Shown: positions 61,184 through 64,000 of the stretch, one piece after another
Layout of the letters: the number at the start of each line of letters is the position of its first letter
How positions within the stretch are numbered: position 1 is the stretch's first letter
Source of the DNA: Ignavibacteriota bacterium
GTDB taxonomy: Bacteria > Bacteroidota > Ignavibacteria > UBA10030 > UBA6906
Assembly: GCA_963801355.1 (NCBI GenBank)
Contig: CAWDEM010000004.1
Span: forward strand, 1-64,000
Reading direction: 5' to 3'
DNA: 64,000 nucleotides
Program-made: the position numbers and the translations under genes
Notes under the pieces: model-generated
Told to the model about the DNA's origin: nothing
Seen by the model: the letters and a program-made list of their open reading frames with translations, nothing else
Database searches by the model: none

Positions 61184-63624
61184 TGAAGAAACGCGCCGCC
61201 GGCCAACGCCGGCATCCACTCGAAGTGCCCTCCGACCGTCTTCGCTGGCACTGCGTCCCCTCATCGCTGGGCATTGCACAGATTGAAGAAGTCACGCCGC
61301 TGAAGGAAATCATCGGACAGGATCGCGCCCTGCGGGCATTGCATATCGGGCTGGAGATGAAGCATGTCGGGTACAATGTTTTTGTCACCGGCAGCAGCGG
61401 CACCGGCCGCACCACCTCCATCAAACAGCTCCTGCACGGCCTGGCGGAACAACCCGCGTCGTTGACGGACAAATGCTACGTGCACAACTTCCGTGATCCG
61501 GACTCCCCGTTGATGATCATGCTGCCGGCGGGACAGGGCACTGCGTTCAAGAAAGACATGGCCGCGTTCCTCTCCGAGTTAATGAAGGCCATCCCGGCTG
61601 TCTTCGACAGCCGCCGGTATGCAGACCAGCGCAAAACCACACTCGGACATTTTCAGGACCGCCAGCGCAGCATTCTCCGCGAGTTCGAAAAACGCGTCCG
61701 GGAGAAGGGATTCGAAGTTGTCCAGGTCCAGGGTGGCACCGGCAGCCGCCCCGAAATCGCACCCCTCATCGACGGCAATCCCGCCAGCATGGAGCAAATG
61801 CATGCCCGCATAGAGACCGGCGAGATGACCGAAGAGAACTTCAAGGCCCTGGTCGAGCAACATATGCTCCTCGAAAAGCAGATGGACCTCGTGATGCGTG
61901 AAATGCGGACCATCGAACGCAAGGCAAAACGCTCGCTGGAGGAATTGAACCACAAGATCGTGGTCCCGGTCGTCGAGGAATTGCTCGAGGACCTCCGCCA
62001 GCGCTATGAAAGTCCGCGCATCACCACATTTCTCAACGATGTTGAACAGAGCATTATCGAGAACGTTGCACGATTCCACACCCATGAAGAACCCCAACAG
62101 GCACTGATGTCGCTGGGCGCCGTCAAAGATGACGATGAGTTCCTGGAATACCAGGTCAACGTGATTGTCGACAACAGCGCCGTCAAAGGTGTCCCGGTAA
62201 TCATCGAAACCAATCCGCGCTACAAAAACCTCTTTGGCACCATCGAGCGTGTGGTGGACCGCAACGGGGTATGGCGGAGCGATTTCACCCGCGTGAAGGC
62301 GGGCTCAATACTGAAAGCCGACGGAGGGGTGCTGGTCCTGAATGCAACGGATGCACTCAGTGAACCCGGGGTGTACACGACGCTCAAACGCATCCTGCGC
62401 AACCGCCAGATTGAGATTCAGTCGCTGGAACAGGGGCTTTTCGGCGCGAGCTCCGCGTTGAAGCCCGAGCCGATCGACCTCAACGTCAAGGTCATCATGA
62501 TCGGCGATGCTTCGGTGTACCATCTGCTCTTCGCACTGGACGATGATTTCAAGAAGATTTTCAAGATTCGCGCCGACTTTGACTCCGAAATGGCCAACGA
62601 CGGGAAATCCATCTCCAGCTATCTCTCGTTCATCAAGACCCTCTGCGAACGCGAGGAGCTGCTGCCGTTCGAAGTGAGCGCTGCGGCGGAGGTGATCGAA
62701 TACGGCGCGCGGCTTGCCGGTCAACAGAACAAGCTCTCCACACGCTTCAGCGCCCTTGCGGACATCCTCCGGGAGGCAGATTACTGGGCCTCGGGAGAAA
62801 AGGCCGAGCGCGTCACAGCCACACACGTACGCAAAGCCATTGCCGAACGGATCGAGCGTTTCCGTCTCCTCGAAGACAAGATCCAGGAGATGATCCTGGA
62901 CGGATCCATCCTCATCGATTCCACCGGAGAAGTGGTCGGGCAGGTGAACGGTCTTTCCGTCTATGCCTTCGGGGAAACCGAATTCGGGCGGCCGACACGC
63001 ATCACCGCAAAGACCGCGGTGGGACGCGGCGGCATCATCAACATCGAACGGGAAGCCGCAATGAGCGGCCCGACGCACAACAAGGGCGTGTTGATCCTGA
63101 GCGGCTATCTTCATGCCCAGTATGCACAGGACAAACCCCTGGTCCTCAGCGCGAGCATCGCATTCGAGCAATCATACTCCGGGGTCGACGGCGACAGCGC
63201 ATCCTCCACCGAGATCTATGCGATCCTGTCGAGCCTTGCGAACCTTCCGTTGCGTCAGGATATCGCGGTGACCGGTTCCGTCAACCAGCACGGAAAGATC
63301 CAGCCGATCGGCGGCGTGAACCAGAAGGTGGAGGGGTTCTATGATGTCTGCAATGCGCGCGGCCTCACGGGTCATCAGGGTGTGCTCATCCCCATGCAAA
63401 ATGTCAAGGATCTGATGCTGCGTCACGACGTCGTCGATGCCGTCCGCGCCGGAAAATTCCACGTCTATGCCATCGACAGCATCGATCAGGGAATTGAGAT
63501 CCTGACCGGGAAGAAGGCCGGCGCCCGGAGTGCTTCGGGGAAGTTCACACCGGGCAGCGTGCATGCGCTTGTGAACAGTGTGCTGCAACGGTTCGCCCGC
63601 ACCAACAAAGCATTTGAAGCATGA
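61183..63624 (+). CDS. Lon-like ATP-dependent protease (LonB/LonC type, S16)
   Basis: IIGQDRA; GSSGTGRTT; GQVNGL; FEQSYSGVDGDSAS; IGGVNQKVEGF. Confidence 0.9.
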   Translation: MKKRAAGQRRHPLEVPSDRLRWHCVPSSLGIAQIEEVTPLKEIIGQDRALRALHIGLEMKHVGYNVFVTGSSGTGRTTSIKQLLHGLAEQPASLTDKCYVHNFRDPDSPLMIMLPAGQGTAFKKDMAAFLSELMKAIPAVFDSRRYADQRKTTLGHFQDRQRSILREFEKRVREKGFEVVQVQGGTGSRPEIAPLIDGNPASMEQMHARIETGEMTEENFKALVEQHMLLEKQMDLVMREMRTIERKAKRSLEELNHKIVVPVVEELLEDLRQRYESPRITTFLNDVEQSIIENVARFHTHEEPQQALMSLGAVKDDDEFLEYQVNVIVDNSAVKGVPVIIETNPRYKNLFGTIERVVDRNGVWRSDFTRVKAGSILKADGGVLVLNATDALSEPGVYTTLKRILRNRQIEIQSLEQGLFGASSALKPEPIDLNVKVIMIGDASVYHLLFALDDDFKKIFKIRADFDSEMANDGKSISSYLSFIKTLCEREELLPFEVSAAAEVIEYGARLAGQQNKLSTRFSALADILREADYWASGEKAERVTATHVRKAIAERIERFRLLEDKIQEMILDGSILIDSTGEVVGQVNGLSVYAFGETEFGRPTRITAKTAVGRGGIINIEREAAMSGPTHNKGVLILSGYLHAQYAQDKPLVLSASIAFEQSYSGVDGDSASSTEIYAILSSLANLPLRQDIAVTGSVNQHGKIQPIGGVNQKVEGFYDVCNARGLTGHQGVLIPMQNVKDLMLRHDVVDAVRAGKFHVYAIDSIDQGIEILTGKKAGARSASGKFTPGSVHALVNSVLQRFARTNKAFEA

Positions 63625-64000
63625 CGCCAGAAGAATTCCGCGCACACGCGCATGAACTCGTCGATTGGATGGCGGACTATCTGGAAGGAGTCGGGCAGTA
63701 TCCGGTGAAATCTGCGGCTGCGCCGCGCGACATCATCCGCAAGCTCCCCGCAGCACCCCCCGACGCGGGAGAACCCTTTGACAATATCTTCCGCGATTTC
63801 CGTGAGATCGTTCTTCCGGGAATGACACACTGGCAGCATCCCTCGTTCTTCGCATACTTCCCCGCCAACAGCAGCCCGCCGTCTGTCCTGGCGGAAATGT
63901 TGACCGCCACACTGGCCGCGCAATGCATGAGCTGGGCGACATCACCGGCAGCCACCGAACTTGAAGAACGCATGATGGAGTGGCTGCGCGGGATGATCGG
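63621..64000 (+). CDS. Group II PLP-dependent (aromatic amino acid) decarboxylase, runs off the window
   Basis: MTPEEFR...VDWMADYL...PGMTHWQHP.FFAYFPANSS...SWATSPAATELE. Confidence 0.9.
   Translation, partial: MTPEEFRAHAHELVDWMADYLEGVGQYPVKSAAAPRDIIRKLPAAPPDAGEPFDNIFRDFREIVLPGMTHWQHPSFFAYFPANSSPPSVLAEMLTATLAAQCMSWATSPAATELEERMMEWLRGMI

Noticed and set aside
44695-63171. Long antisense ORFs (44695-45582, 56490-57566, 60161-61279, 62305-63171)
   Set aside because: Expected shadows of GC-rich housekeeping genes on the opposite strand.
1-64000. tRNA, rRNA, prophage or integrase genes
   Set aside because: None recognised by eye; tRNAscan-SE and Infernal would be needed to exclude them formally.

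Overview
Bacterial chromosome window, most consistent with an Ignavibacteria/Chlorobi-like (FCB superphylum) genome. It carries many T9SS type-A sorting tails (NYPNPFNP) but uses E. coli-type TTGAC-17-TANNNT promoters and AGGAG ribosome-binding sites. The first ~39 kb is accessory and includes: three near-identical beta-helix genes with different signal peptides; an EPS locus (wzc, SLBB protein, LbH acetyltransferase, SGNH-like lipoprotein); two protease/partner gene pairs; a mutT-mutY-ogg repair cluster with palindromic repeats; and a ~9.5 kb glycosylation island bracketed by homologous FN3-CTD tails, holding group IIC intron, IS3 and IS110/IS1111 remnants. The rest is mostly housekeeping (ggt, wecB, purN/purH, mreBCD-mrdA-rodA, Lon-like protease). 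The best candidate for an undescribed system is the pair architecture. Two unrelated metalloproteases (M6 and M4/M36-like) lack a T9SS tail but end in an identical dockerin-like module, and each is followed 24 bp later by an identical cohesin-like protein that does carry a T9SS tail. More broadly, secreted genes here are variable catalytic heads on shared, DNA-homologous tails. Many ordinary genes, including mreC, are split by single-base frameshifts, so the assembly probably has frequent indel errors. All domain assignments are from motif recognition by eye, not database searches.
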